From Candidatus Binatia bacterium (GTDB lineage Bacteria; Desulfobacterota; Binatia; UBA9968), in the NCBI GenBank assembly GCA_036504975.1, contig DASXUF010000129.1:1888-65887 (forward strand): a stretch of 64,000 nucleotides of DNA. The letters are read 5' to 3'. Under the pieces are notes generated by a model, which ran no database searches, was not told the DNA's origin, and saw nothing but the letters and a program-made list of their open reading frames with translations. Both the position numbers and the translations under genes were made by a program. Shown one piece after another: positions 1-9,325 of this stretch (position 1 is its first letter; every line of letters starts with the position of its first letter).

Positions 1-1220
1 ATCCATGTGAGGGCGCGCTCGATATTCGGCCAGATCGATTCGACGAACGCCCGGTCTGCGGTCCGTTCGTAGTAAGCGCCCGCCAGGATGATAAAGAGCG
101 GCGTCGCATCGACGCTTCCGTAATAACGCCCGAATGGGACTTCGCCCAACGCCGCCATCTCCCCTTTGCGGGTTTCGTGGAGAATTTTGCCCGGCTCGGC
201 GTCCTGCTCGGGAATGACTTCCTTGGCTTGGTTCGCGGCGAGATAGGCGAGAACCCCCTTGGCGATGGAGGGATCGATCCAGAGAAATTCCAGCGCCGTG
301 ATGATGCCGTCGCGTCCGAAAACCGTGCTGAACCAGGGAACGCCGGCGTATGGATACGGCCCGTTCGGTGTTTCAGTGATCATCATGCGCAGGTCGGCGA
401 CGGAACGATTGAGCCAATCGTTGAACTGCACGTTCGAAGTATCGATGCCGCATGCGCCTGCTATATTTTGCGGCGGATGAAAAGCCAGCTCCGCTTGTTC
501 CAAGGCTTCGTCGTAAGCGAGCGGCGCCCTTCGGGCGTTCCCCGATTCGCACGAAGCGGTCAAAAAAATCGTGGTCTCGTCCTTCGGATTTACGGTCAGG
601 ACAAAATTCATGTACGAGCGGGAGATTTCATTCGGCTGGGGCGCGCATTCCAGCCGCGTCCGGCGGATCACGCCGTCGAGGCCCTGGTAGGCCAGCACCA
701 CCGATTTTTTTTCCACCTGGTCTTCCAGGCGCCGTCCCTTTTTCGGTCTGCTCATGCCCCGGACTTCGAAGATGTCGTCGAAATCGGACCCGAAGTTGAG
801 GGACAACGACAATTTAACCGGCGTCAGTCCGTGATTCATGATTTTGAAACGCTCGTAGCAGACCGCCTGCCAAAGAAACTTGGAACGAAAAATATGCAGC
901 GTGCCGCGTGGCACCACGACCTCTTCGCCCACTTTGACGTCCGGGTTGGTGAGGTCCACGGCCAGCAGCGTATTATCGTCACGCACGGTGGAACTCAGCA
1001 GCAGCGGTCGGGTGTTGCCCAGTCTCAGTTCCAGGCGCGAGAGAAACCGCGTGCCTTCGTGATAGACGCCTTCTTCGCCCAAACCGACGGGGCGGATATC
1101 GCCGTAGCGATCGAAAACGGCGAAGGTCTCGCCGTGTTTGAGCACGCGCACGCGGTCTTCCGCCGCGGCCGTCGTGGCGAGGATATAGAACTGATCTTCG
1201 ACCTTGATGATGTCGTCCAA
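1..1220 (-). CDS. Amylo-alpha-1,6-glucosidase / glycogen-debranching-enzyme family protein; N-terminal ~406 aa, 3' end runs off the left edge
   Basis: Absent from the ORF track because there is no stop in the window. My reverse-strand translation from TTG at 1220..1218 reads MDDIIKVEDQFYILATTAAAEDRVRVLKHGETFAVFDRYGD...GVPWFSTVFGRDGIITALE...GKILHETRKGEMA, with no stop down to position 1. These motifs are typical of GDE_N/GDE_C proteins. The gene begins 7 nt after the GT4 stop. Confidence 0.8.
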   Translation of the reverse strand, partial: MDDIIKVEDQFYILATTAAAEDRVRVLKHGETFAVFDRYGDIRPVGLGEEGVYHEGTRFLSRLELRLGNTRPLLLSSTVRDDNTLLAVDLTNPDVKVGEEVVVPRGTLHIFRSKFLWQAVCYERFKIMNHGLTPVKLSLSLNFGSDFDDIFEVRGMSRPKKGRRLEDQVEKKSVVLAYQGLDGVIRRTRLECAPQPNEISRSYMNFVLTVNPKDETTIFLTASCESGNARRAPLAYDEALEQAELAFHPPQNIAGACGIDTSNVQFNDWLNRSVADLRMMITETPNGPYPYAGVPWFSTVFGRDGIITALEFLWIDPSIAKGVLAYLAANQAKEVIPEQDAEPGKILHETRKGEMAALGEVPFGRYYGSVDATPLFIILAGAYYERTADRAFVESIWPNIERALTW

Positions 1221-1227
1221 GCGATGC

Positions 1228-2268
1228 CTATGCGGCGAAGGTTCGAGTTTCAGCCTGTGTACGGTAGACCTCGAGATAATCTTCGACCATGCGCGCGGCG
1301 CTGAAGCGCTTCTCGAAAACCCGGCGGCATTCTTCCCGGCTCAGGCCGGGAATCCGCTCGAGGCTCGCGACCGCGTCTTCGACCGTATCGACGATAAAGC
1401 CCGTAACGCCGTCGTCGATGACTTCGGGGACGGAGCCGCAGCGAAACGCGATCGTCGGCGTGCCGCAAGCCATCGCCTCGATCATCACCAGGCCGAAAGG
1501 CTCCGGCCAATCGATCGGGAAAAGATGGGCATAGGCGTTGCCGAGAAATTCCTGCTTATCCGCCTCGCCGATCTCGCCCACGTATTCGATCAACGGGTCT
1601 TTGATCATCGGCTCGACGCGGCTCTTGTAATATTCCAAGTCGGCGTGGTCTATCTTCGCGGCGATCTTGAGAGAAATTCCGGTCTGTTTGGAAATTGCGA
1701 TCGCCCGCTCGATTCTTTTTTCCGGGGAAAATCTACCGAGAAAAGCGAGATACCTCCCAGGTTTCGTATGAAGCGAGTAGAGGTCTTCCGGCAGTCCATG
1801 ATGAATGGTTCCCTGCCAATTCAACCACGGCAGCGGCGCTCGCTGGCTGTCGGAGATGGAAACTACGGGCACCTCGGAAAATTCCCGATAGAGGGGCACG
1901 AGATCGGGAAGATCGAGCCGCCCGTGGAGCGTCGTGAAATTCGGCGTCATCAACCGTCTAGCGAGAGAATAATGCAGATAGCTCAGGTGAAAGTGAATGA
2001 TATCGAACTCGCCGGCTGACCTGGCCACCTGCTCGATCTCGAGGATGTGGTAGAGAATCGGGTCGGCGCACTCGGCGTTTAACCGCAACGCCTCGTCGCA
2101 GGCGGGAACGAGGTTGGCCGATGTGACCGAATCGCCGCTGGCGAAGAGCGTCACCTCATGCTCCTGTCGCACCAACTCTTCGGTCAGACACGATACGATT
2201 CGTTCCGTCCCTCCATAGTATTTCGGCGGCACGCTCTCGTACAGAGGGGAAACTTGCGCGATCCTCAA
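1228..2268 (-). CDS. Glycosyltransferase family 4 (GT-B fold, group 1)
   Basis: 346-aa ORF. The N-terminus is MRIAQVSPLYESVPPKYYGGTERIV. The C-terminal region FPIDWPEPFGLVMIEAMACGTPTIAF is typical of GT4. It is co-oriented with the debranching-type gene. Confidence 0.85.
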   Translation of the reverse strand: MRIAQVSPLYESVPPKYYGGTERIVSCLTEELVRQEHEVTLFASGDSVTSANLVPACDEALRLNAECADPILYHILEIEQVARSAGEFDIIHFHLSYLHYSLARRLMTPNFTTLHGRLDLPDLVPLYREFSEVPVVSISDSQRAPLPWLNWQGTIHHGLPEDLYSLHTKPGRYLAFLGRFSPEKRIERAIAISKQTGISLKIAAKIDHADLEYYKSRVEPMIKDPLIEYVGEIGEADKQEFLGNAYAHLFPIDWPEPFGLVMIEAMACGTPTIAFRCGSVPEVIDDGVTGFIVDTVEDAVASLERIPGLSREECRRVFEKRFSAARMVEDYLEVYRTQAETRTFAA

Positions 2269-2538
2269 GAACTTCCTCTCGACGTTTTTTCGGCACGTTA
2301 ACCGGCAGAGACGATCGTCGGCCTGGGATCGGAAAAGACGTTCAGGATATCATCATAGCCGGGAAAACTCCGTTGATTGAGTCTTGCACAAATATCGAGA
2401 GAGACCAAGATAGGCAAAAACTCTAGCTCGATAAATCGATAGCGGCGCGCGGGCAGCGTACTGATTCTCCGGAGGCCCGCCAGCAACCAGAGCCATCGAT
2501 CGCTCACGCCTGAAGAGAACGGTCGTTCTGAAGAAAGG

Positions 2539-2757
2539 TTACTTTTGCTTCTCCTTCTGCTCTTGAAGGCTCTTTTCCACGTTCTCCATACCTTTCGCCA
2601 TCCCCTCGTACATTTTCTGCTCCTTGGCCGCTCCTTCCTGGAGCGCCTTTTTAATTTCAGCATCCCTCTCGGCCGAGCTTTTTTCATCCTTGCCGCAGCC
2701 CGTTCCCCACAACAGTACAACGGCCAAACAGGCAACCGTCCTCGATCGGTATTTCAT
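2539..2757 (-). CDS. Small secreted protein or lipoprotein (72 aa), lysine/glutamate-rich
   Basis: Signal-like N-terminus MKYRSRTVACLAVVLLWGTGC, with Cys after the hydrophobic stretch. A GGGGGAG Shine-Dalgarno lies just upstream of the ATG. No family recognised. Confidence 0.5.
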   Translation of the reverse strand: MKYRSRTVACLAVVLLWGTGCGKDEKSSAERDAEIKKALQEGAAKEQKMYEGMAKGMENVEKSLQEQKEKQK

Positions 2758-2823
2758 CGCTACTCCCCCTTTCGAAATAAATTCTATATTACAGCGCTAG
2801 CACGAGACGGCGCCGCCTTGCAA

Positions 2824-5133
2824 TCAAACTTTCGCCCCTCGGCACAAGCGCCAGATCTTCTCGGGCTTGAGCGGCATGTCGATGTGAGCGACGCCGAAGG
2901 GAGAAAGGGCGTCCACCACCGCATTGACGATCGCCGGCGTGGAGCCGATCGTCCCCGCCTCGCCGATCCCCTTCGCGCCCAGCGGATTGACCGGCGTGGG
3001 CGTCTCGGTCCGCGCCAGCTTGAAGGGCGGAAAATTTTCGGCCTTGGGCAAGGCGTAGCCCGCGAGGCTGCCGGTCGCGAGCTGGCCGTTCTCGTCATAG
3101 ACGAGTTCTTCGTAGAGAGCCTGCCCGAGTCCCTGCGCGATGCCGCCGTGTATTTGTCCCTCGACTAGAAGCGGATTGATCACCTTGCCGCAATCGTCCA
3201 CGGCGATATATTTTTTTATTTTCACCGCGCCCGATTCGGGATCGACTTCGACGACACAGATGTGCGTGCCGAAGGGAAAAGTAAAATTAGCCGGCTCGAA
3301 CTCGGCGGTCGCGAAAAGCCCGGGCGCCGTCTTCTTAGCCGGTTTCGTCGCTAGATGAGCTTCGGACGCGATCTGCCCGAGCGTGAGCGCCTTTTTCGGC
3401 ACGCCCTTGACGCTGAAACGACCGGCGGCGAAGACGATATCCTCGACGTCCGCCTCGAACAGGCGCGCGGCGATCTCGCGCGCCTTCTCCTTCACTTTCT
3501 CGGCCGCTTGAAGCACGGCAACTCCGCCGACCGCCGTCGCGCGGCTGCCGAAAGTCCCGACGCCGCTCGGCACCACGGCGGTATCGCCGTGCGCCACCGT
3601 GATATCGTCGAGAGCGACTCCCAGCTCGTCGCCGACGATCTGCGCGAACGAAGTCTCCTGTCCCTGTCCGTGGGGCGAGGCGCCGGTAAGAACCGTGACT
3701 TTCCCCGTCGGCTCGACCTGGACGCTCGCGTGCTCCGGCAAACCCGGTCCCATGGCGCAGATTTCGACGTAGGTGGAGAGACCGATGCCGAGATATCTTC
3801 TCTGCTTTCTCAGCCGCTTTTGCTCGCGCCTGAGCTTCGGATAACCGGCGAGCCTGAGAGCCTTGTTGAGCGCGCCTTGATAGTTGCCGCTGTCGTAGTT
3901 CAACCCGGTCGCGGTGCTCAACGGAAATTCGCCGGGCTTGGGAAAATTTTTTCTCCGCGCCTCCACCGGATCGACGCCGAGCTCGCCGGCGATCCGGTCT
4001 ATCATGCGCTCGATCACGTAGGTCGCCTCGGGCCTTCCGGCTCCGCGATAGGCGTCGGTGGACATCTTGTTGGTGAAGACCCCCGTGACCTCGATGCCGA
4101 TCGCCGGGATCTTATAGCAGCCGGAAAGCATCAAGCCGGTAAAGCGCGGGATCTCCGGCGTGTAGAGCTGGTGATAAGCGCCGATGTCGGCGACGACTCT
4201 GGATCGCAACCCCAAAATTCTTCCGTCCTTTTTGACCGCCGCCTCGATCTCCGCCGCCTGGCCCCGGCCGTGAATCGTGGAATGCATGTTCTCGCGGCGG
4301 TTTTCGATCCATTTGACCGGGCGACCGAGGCGCAGCGCGAGATAGGCGACCAGCGCCTCCTCCGCGTAGATATTGAGCTTGCTGCCGAATCCGCCGCCGA
4401 CCTCGGGAGCGATGACGCGCACCTCTTTTTCGGGCAGCTTGAGCATTTGGGCGAGCCGGCTCTTGAGCAGGTGCGGGATCTGCGTAGAAGACCAAACGGT
4501 CAATTCCTCTTCTTCGCCGAGATAGCGTGCCAGGACCGCGCGCGTTTCCAGCGCGACCGGCGCAAGACGCTGGTGAATGAACCGTTGTTTGACGATCTTA
4601 TCGGCCCGTTCGAATGCTCCGGAGAGGTCGCCCTGGCTGCGGTTCGAGCGAAAGGCGACGTTATCGGGCCACTCCGGGTGGACGACGGGGCTTTCTTTTG
4701 TGAGGGCCGCTTCAGGATCCGAGACAACGGGAAGAGGCTCGTAGCTCACTTCGACCAGCTCGAGCGCGTCGGCGGCGGCGTAGCGGTCCTCAGCAACCAC
4801 CACCGCCACTCCTTCGCCGGCGAAACAAACTTTGTCGATCGCGAGGACATGATGCTTGGGAACTCGGAGCGTCGGGTTTTGGCTATCGACGGGCAACGGC
4901 CCGATCGCATCCCGGAGGTCGGCGCCCGCCAAAACAGCGACGACACCGGGCAGCCCGAGTACATGCCCGGTCCGAATCGATTGAATCTTTGCGTGCGCGT
5001 GCGGGCTGCGGACAATCGCCGCATGCAATATATCGGGCAGGCGGATATCATCGACATAACGAGCGCGACCGCGAATCAACCTCGGATCTTCGCGCCGCTT
5101 CACCTTGGCGCCGACGAGTTTGCTGAGAGGCAC
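2824..5133 (-). CDS. Molybdopterin-binding large subunit of the xanthine dehydrogenase / CO dehydrogenase family (form II CoxL-like)
   Basis: 769 aa. The N-terminus VGAKVKRREDPRLIRGRARYVDD is typical of the family. It contains the AYRGAGR motif (form II) rather than the VAYRCSFR of bona fide CO dehydrogenases. Confidence 0.9.
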   Translation of the reverse strand: MPLSKLVGAKVKRREDPRLIRGRARYVDDIRLPDILHAAIVRSPHAHAKIQSIRTGHVLGLPGVVAVLAGADLRDAIGPLPVDSQNPTLRVPKHHVLAIDKVCFAGEGVAVVVAEDRYAAADALELVEVSYEPLPVVSDPEAALTKESPVVHPEWPDNVAFRSNRSQGDLSGAFERADKIVKQRFIHQRLAPVALETRAVLARYLGEEEELTVWSSTQIPHLLKSRLAQMLKLPEKEVRVIAPEVGGGFGSKLNIYAEEALVAYLALRLGRPVKWIENRRENMHSTIHGRGQAAEIEAAVKKDGRILGLRSRVVADIGAYHQLYTPEIPRFTGLMLSGCYKIPAIGIEVTGVFTNKMSTDAYRGAGRPEATYVIERMIDRIAGELGVDPVEARRKNFPKPGEFPLSTATGLNYDSGNYQGALNKALRLAGYPKLRREQKRLRKQRRYLGIGLSTYVEICAMGPGLPEHASVQVEPTGKVTVLTGASPHGQGQETSFAQIVGDELGVALDDITVAHGDTAVVPSGVGTFGSRATAVGGVAVLQAAEKVKEKAREIAARLFEADVEDIVFAAGRFSVKGVPKKALTLGQIASEAHLATKPAKKTAPGLFATAEFEPANFTFPFGTHICVVEVDPESGAVKIKKYIAVDDCGKVINPLLVEGQIHGGIAQGLGQALYEELVYDENGQLATGSLAGYALPKAENFPPFKLARTETPTPVNPLGAKGIGEAGTIGSTPAIVNAVVDALSPFGVAHIDMPLKPEKIWRLCRGAKV

Positions 5134-5174
5134 GGTTTTTTTCCGCAGACCCTTTTGTTATCATTTATAGCCTA

Positions 5175-6005
5175 ATGGCGCGCGGACGAGCAAGAATTCT
5201 CTGGATATTGTTTTTTCTGCTGACATTCCCGTCCAGAAGCTTAACGCAAGCGCCGATCCATAGACTCAAGAACAGTCCCGGCCTCGCGGTAACGGACCTG
5301 GGGAGCTGGAAGGTCATCTATAAAGGAGCCGAATTCCGCAAGGTGAGGCTTGAGCGCGCCGAGCCGTATCATTGGCTCGAGCTCAAGCTCGTTCGCCTGG
5401 ATACCCGATGGATCGAGCCGCGCGTCGTCCGCAGCTCGCAATTCAACCTCAAGAGCGCCAACGTGAAGACGCTGGCGGAAAAGAGCGGCGCCATCGCGAT
5501 GATCAACGCCAATTACTTCGACGAAAAGGGACTGCCGCTGGGGTTTCTCAAAACCGCCCATGAAGCCAACCTCAACCTCTCCAAAAGTCCCCTCTATACG
5601 GGCGTCTTTGCCATCAAAGACCGCGCGCCGTTCATCGCGCACCGAGACGAATTCGTACCCCACCAGGCCGACGAGGGTCTCCAGGCGGGTCCATTGCTGC
5701 TGGCGAAAGGCGCCCCCTTGAGCGTGACGCGCGGCGCCGACCGGCAATTCCGCCGTTCGGTCATCGGCATGGACTCTAACCAGAAGTTGATCGTCGCCGT
5801 TACCGATACGTTCTTCGGTGGTCTTACCTGGGTGGAGCTGCAGGAATTTTTCGGCTCGGCCGAGTGGCAGGCGCAGACATCCGACCTGCTCAACCTCGAC
5901 GGCGGCGGCTCGACGCAGCTCCACGTCAGGGGGGCTCAGTTCGAGGAATACGTGCCGGGCACGGTCGAAGTCCCCGTCGCCATCGGTCTCTTCGCGGCGA
6001 AGTAA
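5175..6005 (+). CDS. Phosphodiester glycosidase family protein (DUF2233 / NAGPA-like), secreted
   Basis: 276 aa with an N-terminal signal peptide. It contains AMINANYFD...GLQAGPLLL...RSVIGMD...LNLDGGGST, which are characteristic blocks of this family. Confidence 0.7.
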   Translation: MARGRARILWILFFLLTFPSRSLTQAPIHRLKNSPGLAVTDLGSWKVIYKGAEFRKVRLERAEPYHWLELKLVRLDTRWIEPRVVRSSQFNLKSANVKTLAEKSGAIAMINANYFDEKGLPLGFLKTAHEANLNLSKSPLYTGVFAIKDRAPFIAHRDEFVPHQADEGLQAGPLLLAKGAPLSVTRGADRQFRRSVIGMDSNQKLIVAVTDTFFGGLTWVELQEFFGSAEWQAQTSDLLNLDGGGSTQLHVRGAQFEEYVPGTVEVPVAIGLFAAK

Positions 6006-6093
6006 GACTTCCGTTCCAGACATTTTTCTTGCAGTCACACAGGGTGGGTGGTATAAAAAGCCGACCTACAATGGTGCTCTTTGCCGATCACTT

Positions 6094-6993
6094 ATGACGC
6101 TGCACCAACTGAAAGTATTCGTCAAGGTGGCTGAAATGCAAAGTTTCACGCAAGCGGCAAAGGCGCTGCGTCTCACCCAGCCTTCGGTTTCCGCCCTGGT
6201 ACAGGACTTGGTCGCCGAACTGAGGTACAAATTGTTCGAGCGGCGGGGAGCGAAGGTTTTTCTAACAAAGGAGGGAAATATCCTCCTGCGCCGCACCCAG
6301 GAGGCCCTCGCCATCATCGAGGAAACCAAGGACGAGATCGACGAAATCCACGGGCTAAAGAAGGGAAAGCTCTCCATCGGCGCGTGCGCCATCGCCGGAG
6401 CGTCTTTTCTTCCCGGCGCTCTTCAGTCTTTCAAGGAGTCTCATCCGGGAATCGATATCGGCTTGAAAATTCAGCGCAGCATCGCTTTGGAAAAGATGCT
6501 CGTGGAGGGAGAATTCGATGTCGCGATTCTCGGTTGCGTGCCCCGCTCGGCCAATTTACGCGGCATACTTTACAAGCGCGAAGACATCTTGGTCGTCGCG
6601 CCGCCGGACCATCCGCTCAACAGAAAGCGCACCGTCCCCTTGACGCTGCTTGCCAAGGCGTCCTTGATCGCCCAGCAGAAAGGCAGCCTCGTGCGCGACA
6701 TGGTGGAAGAAAAATTCGCTGAGAAGGGACTTCGGTTCGCTCCCCTGTTGGAGATCGATATCGACCGGGGCGGCTGGGAAGCCATCAAGGCGTCCGTGGT
6801 GAGCGGCCTTGGAATCGGCTTTCTTTGCAAGCAACACATCGAATCGGACCTCAAGGCCGGCAGACTCAAAGAGCTCCGTGTCCCGGGGCTGGATCTAAAA
6901 CGCCCCGTTTACATCGCCTTTCGAAAAAACCGCCAGCGGTTTTCCGCCGTCGAGGCATTCGTTGAATTTGTAAAAGACTACAGAGGTCAGTGA
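6094..6993 (+). CDS. LysR-family transcriptional regulator (paralogue 1)
   Basis: The track ORF 5818..6993 is trimmed to the in-frame ATG at 6094, giving MTLHQLKVFVKVAEMQSFTQAAKALRLTQPSVS. This is the canonical LysR helix-turn-helix (HTH) N-terminus, followed by a substrate-binding domain. Confidence 0.9.
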   Translation: MTLHQLKVFVKVAEMQSFTQAAKALRLTQPSVSALVQDLVAELRYKLFERRGAKVFLTKEGNILLRRTQEALAIIEETKDEIDEIHGLKKGKLSIGACAIAGASFLPGALQSFKESHPGIDIGLKIQRSIALEKMLVEGEFDVAILGCVPRSANLRGILYKREDILVVAPPDHPLNRKRTVPLTLLAKASLIAQQKGSLVRDMVEEKFAEKGLRFAPLLEIDIDRGGWEAIKASVVSGLGIGFLCKQHIESDLKAGRLKELRVPGLDLKRPVYIAFRKNRQRFSAVEAFVEFVKDYRGQ

Positions 6994-7125
6994 TGCCATT
7001 TGAACAACCTGGGTCTTCCGGACCGTCTATTCCATGCTGACAACCGCTTCGTCGTCCAGACGGAGCAACATCTTCTCGAACGGCATCTTCGTAACTAAAG
7101 GCAACAAAATTGTCTGTGTTCAGCT

Positions 7126-8022
7126 ATGACGCTGCACCAGTTAAGAGTATTCGCGAAGGTCGCCGAGCTGCAAAGCTTCACCGAGGCGGCCAAGGCATTA
7201 CGGCTCAGCCAGCCTTCCGTTTCCTCCTTGGTCCAAGGTTTGGTACGCGAATTGAAGTACAAATTGTTCGAGCGGCGGGGAATAAAAATCGCGCTCACGC
7301 CCGCGGGCAAAGTGCTTCTTCGCCGCGCGCAGGAAGCCCTCGCCATTATCGAGGGAACGAAGGATGAGATCGATGAGATTCAAGGGCTGAGGAAGGAAAA
7401 GCTTAACGTAGGAGGATCGGGTCTTGCGGCTTCCTTTTTGCCTGCGGCAATCCAAACCTTCAAGAGGGCACATCCGGAAATCGAGGTCACATTGACCATC
7501 GATAGGAGCAGGAATCTAGAAAATGGACTTTTAGAAGGCGATCTGGACATCGGGGTCCTAAGTCACGTCCATTCTCCCCTTTTAGCGCATACGCTCTATG
7601 GCGAAGACGACCTGATCGTCATTGCGTCACCTAACCACCCGCTAACCAAGAAACATTCCGTGCCGCTCGAGCTTCTGGCGCGGGAGCCTTCGGTGATGTT
7701 CGAGAGAGGCGGACTCATGTATGACATGATCCAAAGAAGATTTGCCGAAAGCAGGATATCGTTTAACCCCACCTTGGAAGTGAAAACCCGTTCGATTGCC
7801 AGAGACGCGATTAAGAGCGCGGTTTCCAATGGGATCGGCATTGGATTTATAGCTAAGCGCCACGTAGAGGCCGATATAAAAGCGGGACGATTAAAGAGAC
7901 TCAAAGTTCCCGAATTCAATTTGAAGCGGCAAATGTATGTGGTAACCCATAAGAAGCGGAACAGCGGTACACCGGTTAAAGAATTCAAAGATTTCCTATT
8001 GCAGTATAAAAACGAGGGATGA
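7126..8022 (+). CDS. LysR-family transcriptional regulator (paralogue 2)
   Basis: 298 aa, starting MTLHQLRVFAKVAELQSFTEAAKALRLSQPSVS. By eye it is roughly half identical to paralogue 1 along the full length. Confidence 0.9.
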   Translation: MTLHQLRVFAKVAELQSFTEAAKALRLSQPSVSSLVQGLVRELKYKLFERRGIKIALTPAGKVLLRRAQEALAIIEGTKDEIDEIQGLRKEKLNVGGSGLAASFLPAAIQTFKRAHPEIEVTLTIDRSRNLENGLLEGDLDIGVLSHVHSPLLAHTLYGEDDLIVIASPNHPLTKKHSVPLELLAREPSVMFERGGLMYDMIQRRFAESRISFNPTLEVKTRSIARDAIKSAVSNGIGIGFIAKRHVEADIKAGRLKRLKVPEFNLKRQMYVVTHKKRNSGTPVKEFKDFLLQYKNEG

Positions 8023-8026
8023 AGGT

Positions 8027-9118
8027 ATGCCGAGAATGCCTATTGCAGTTGTATCACTCCTGATCGCTTTTCAGGCGGGTTGGTGCCCTCCTGCTTGGGC
8101 CGCGGCCGTCGAAAAGGTTTTGGCGGAAATCAACCAGTTGCCTGCCGACCAAAGACAAAAAAGGCTCGAGGACGGAGCTCGAAAAGAAGGCCGCCTCAGT
8201 TGGTATTCCAACGCCAACCTCGATCAAATGCGCCACCTCGCCGATGGATTCATGAAGCGATACCCGGAGATAAAAATAGAGTACTGGCGCGGTGGGGGTA
8301 ATCGGGTAACCGATCGCGTGCTTCTTGAGCATCGCGCCGGCAAGCTGGATGCCGATATCGTTGGAATGCCGTTTGAGGCGGGACTATCGATAAAAAACGC
8401 CGGTGTTTGGGCGAGGTATCACTCACCTGAAAGTAAATATTATTCCAAGATGTTCTTCGACCCTGAAGGATACTGGCACTCCAGCCATCTCGCCATCAGC
8501 GTCATCGGTTACAATACCAATCTGGTGAGAATGGAAGAGGCGCCAAAAGACTATCCTGACCTGTTAAGTCCCAAGTGGAAAAGCGAGATTTCCATAGACA
8601 CGGAACCCGAGCGCGTAGTGATGGGATGGTTGATAAAATGGGGCGAACAAAAAACCCGCAATTTTCTCAAAGGCGTGATGCAAAATGGAGCCATTCCCCG
8701 GCGCGGCAAAACTCTCCAAACGCAACTCCTTTGCGGCGGTGAATTTAAGATCGCCCTCGATCTATTGGCTGCAAGGGTCGCCCAATATAGAAACGACTTG
8801 AGATGCCCGTCGGCTCTTGTTTTTCCGAACCCCACCGTCGGGACGGTGGCCAACCTGGATGGCATCACGACGGCTGCGCAACGGCCCCATGCAGCAGCCC
8901 TGTTTATAGACTATATTCTCGGCGCCGACGGCTCGAAGATATTGGCGAATACGGGGCGAATCGTCGGGCGCAAAGGCGTCAAATCCCGGTACGAAGAGCT
9001 CTCGAACCTCGAAGAGAAAAACATCCCCCTCCTTCTCATTGCTCCCGAGGCGGCTCAAAAGCTTGCGGACGCTACACAGCAAATCGTCGCTGAAATCTTG
9101 ATTCGTCGTCAGTTCTGA
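8027..9118 (+). CDS. ABC-transporter periplasmic solute-binding protein (family 1, iron(III)/polyamine-type), orphan
   Basis: 363 aa with a signal peptide (AWAAAV). The SWYSN...YPEIKIEYWRGGG...VIGYNTNLV blocks are typical of this SBP class. No permease or ATPase gene is adjacent. Confidence 0.75.
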   Translation: MPRMPIAVVSLLIAFQAGWCPPAWAAAVEKVLAEINQLPADQRQKRLEDGARKEGRLSWYSNANLDQMRHLADGFMKRYPEIKIEYWRGGGNRVTDRVLLEHRAGKLDADIVGMPFEAGLSIKNAGVWARYHSPESKYYSKMFFDPEGYWHSSHLAISVIGYNTNLVRMEEAPKDYPDLLSPKWKSEISIDTEPERVVMGWLIKWGEQKTRNFLKGVMQNGAIPRRGKTLQTQLLCGGEFKIALDLLAARVAQYRNDLRCPSALVFPNPTVGTVANLDGITTAAQRPHAAALFIDYILGADGSKILANTGRIVGRKGVKSRYEELSNLEEKNIPLLLIAPEAAQKLADATQQIVAEILIRRQF

Positions 9119-9134
9119 AGCTGTGACCGCCCCT

Positions 9135-9251
9135 ATGACGCTGCACCAGTTAAGAGTATTCGCCAAAGTAGCCGAGCTGCAAAGCTTCACCGAGGCGGCC
9201 AAGCGTAGCATTTCGTCAAAAATAACAAAGCCGAGACGGTCCGCGCCATGA
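9135..9251 (+). pseudogene. 5' stub of a LysR gene (23 HTH codons, then unrelated sequence and a stop)
   Basis: 9135..9203 matches 7126..7194 at 66 of 69 nt. It encodes MTLHQLRVFAKVAELQSFTEAAK, then diverges and stops after 15 more codons. Confidence 0.65.
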
Positions 9252-9325
9252 CCGCATTCAGCTCATCTTAAACAAGTCACGGACTCTAGCTTGTTGGAAG
9301 CCACGAGCGAGGGTCTCCGGTTTTT

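Noticed and set aside
177-1304. 375-aa plus-strand ORF, plus several nested ORFs, at the left edge.
   Set aside because: They are shadow ORFs on the strand opposite a clearly recognisable debranching-enzyme gene. The composition is Arg/Gly/Ala-rich with no motifs. Long antisense ORFs are expected at this GC content.
3355-5175. 606-aa plus-strand ORF antisense to the CoxL-like gene. Similar long antisense ORFs occur at 9986..10813, 12682..14031, 14987..16096, 16189..17820, 19471..20655, 23603..25525, 27601..29013, 41222..42700, 43325..44308 and elsewhere.
   Set aside because: Each lies opposite a gene with strong family signatures. Their translations are low-complexity (R/D/E/G/A-rich) and have no recognisable domains.
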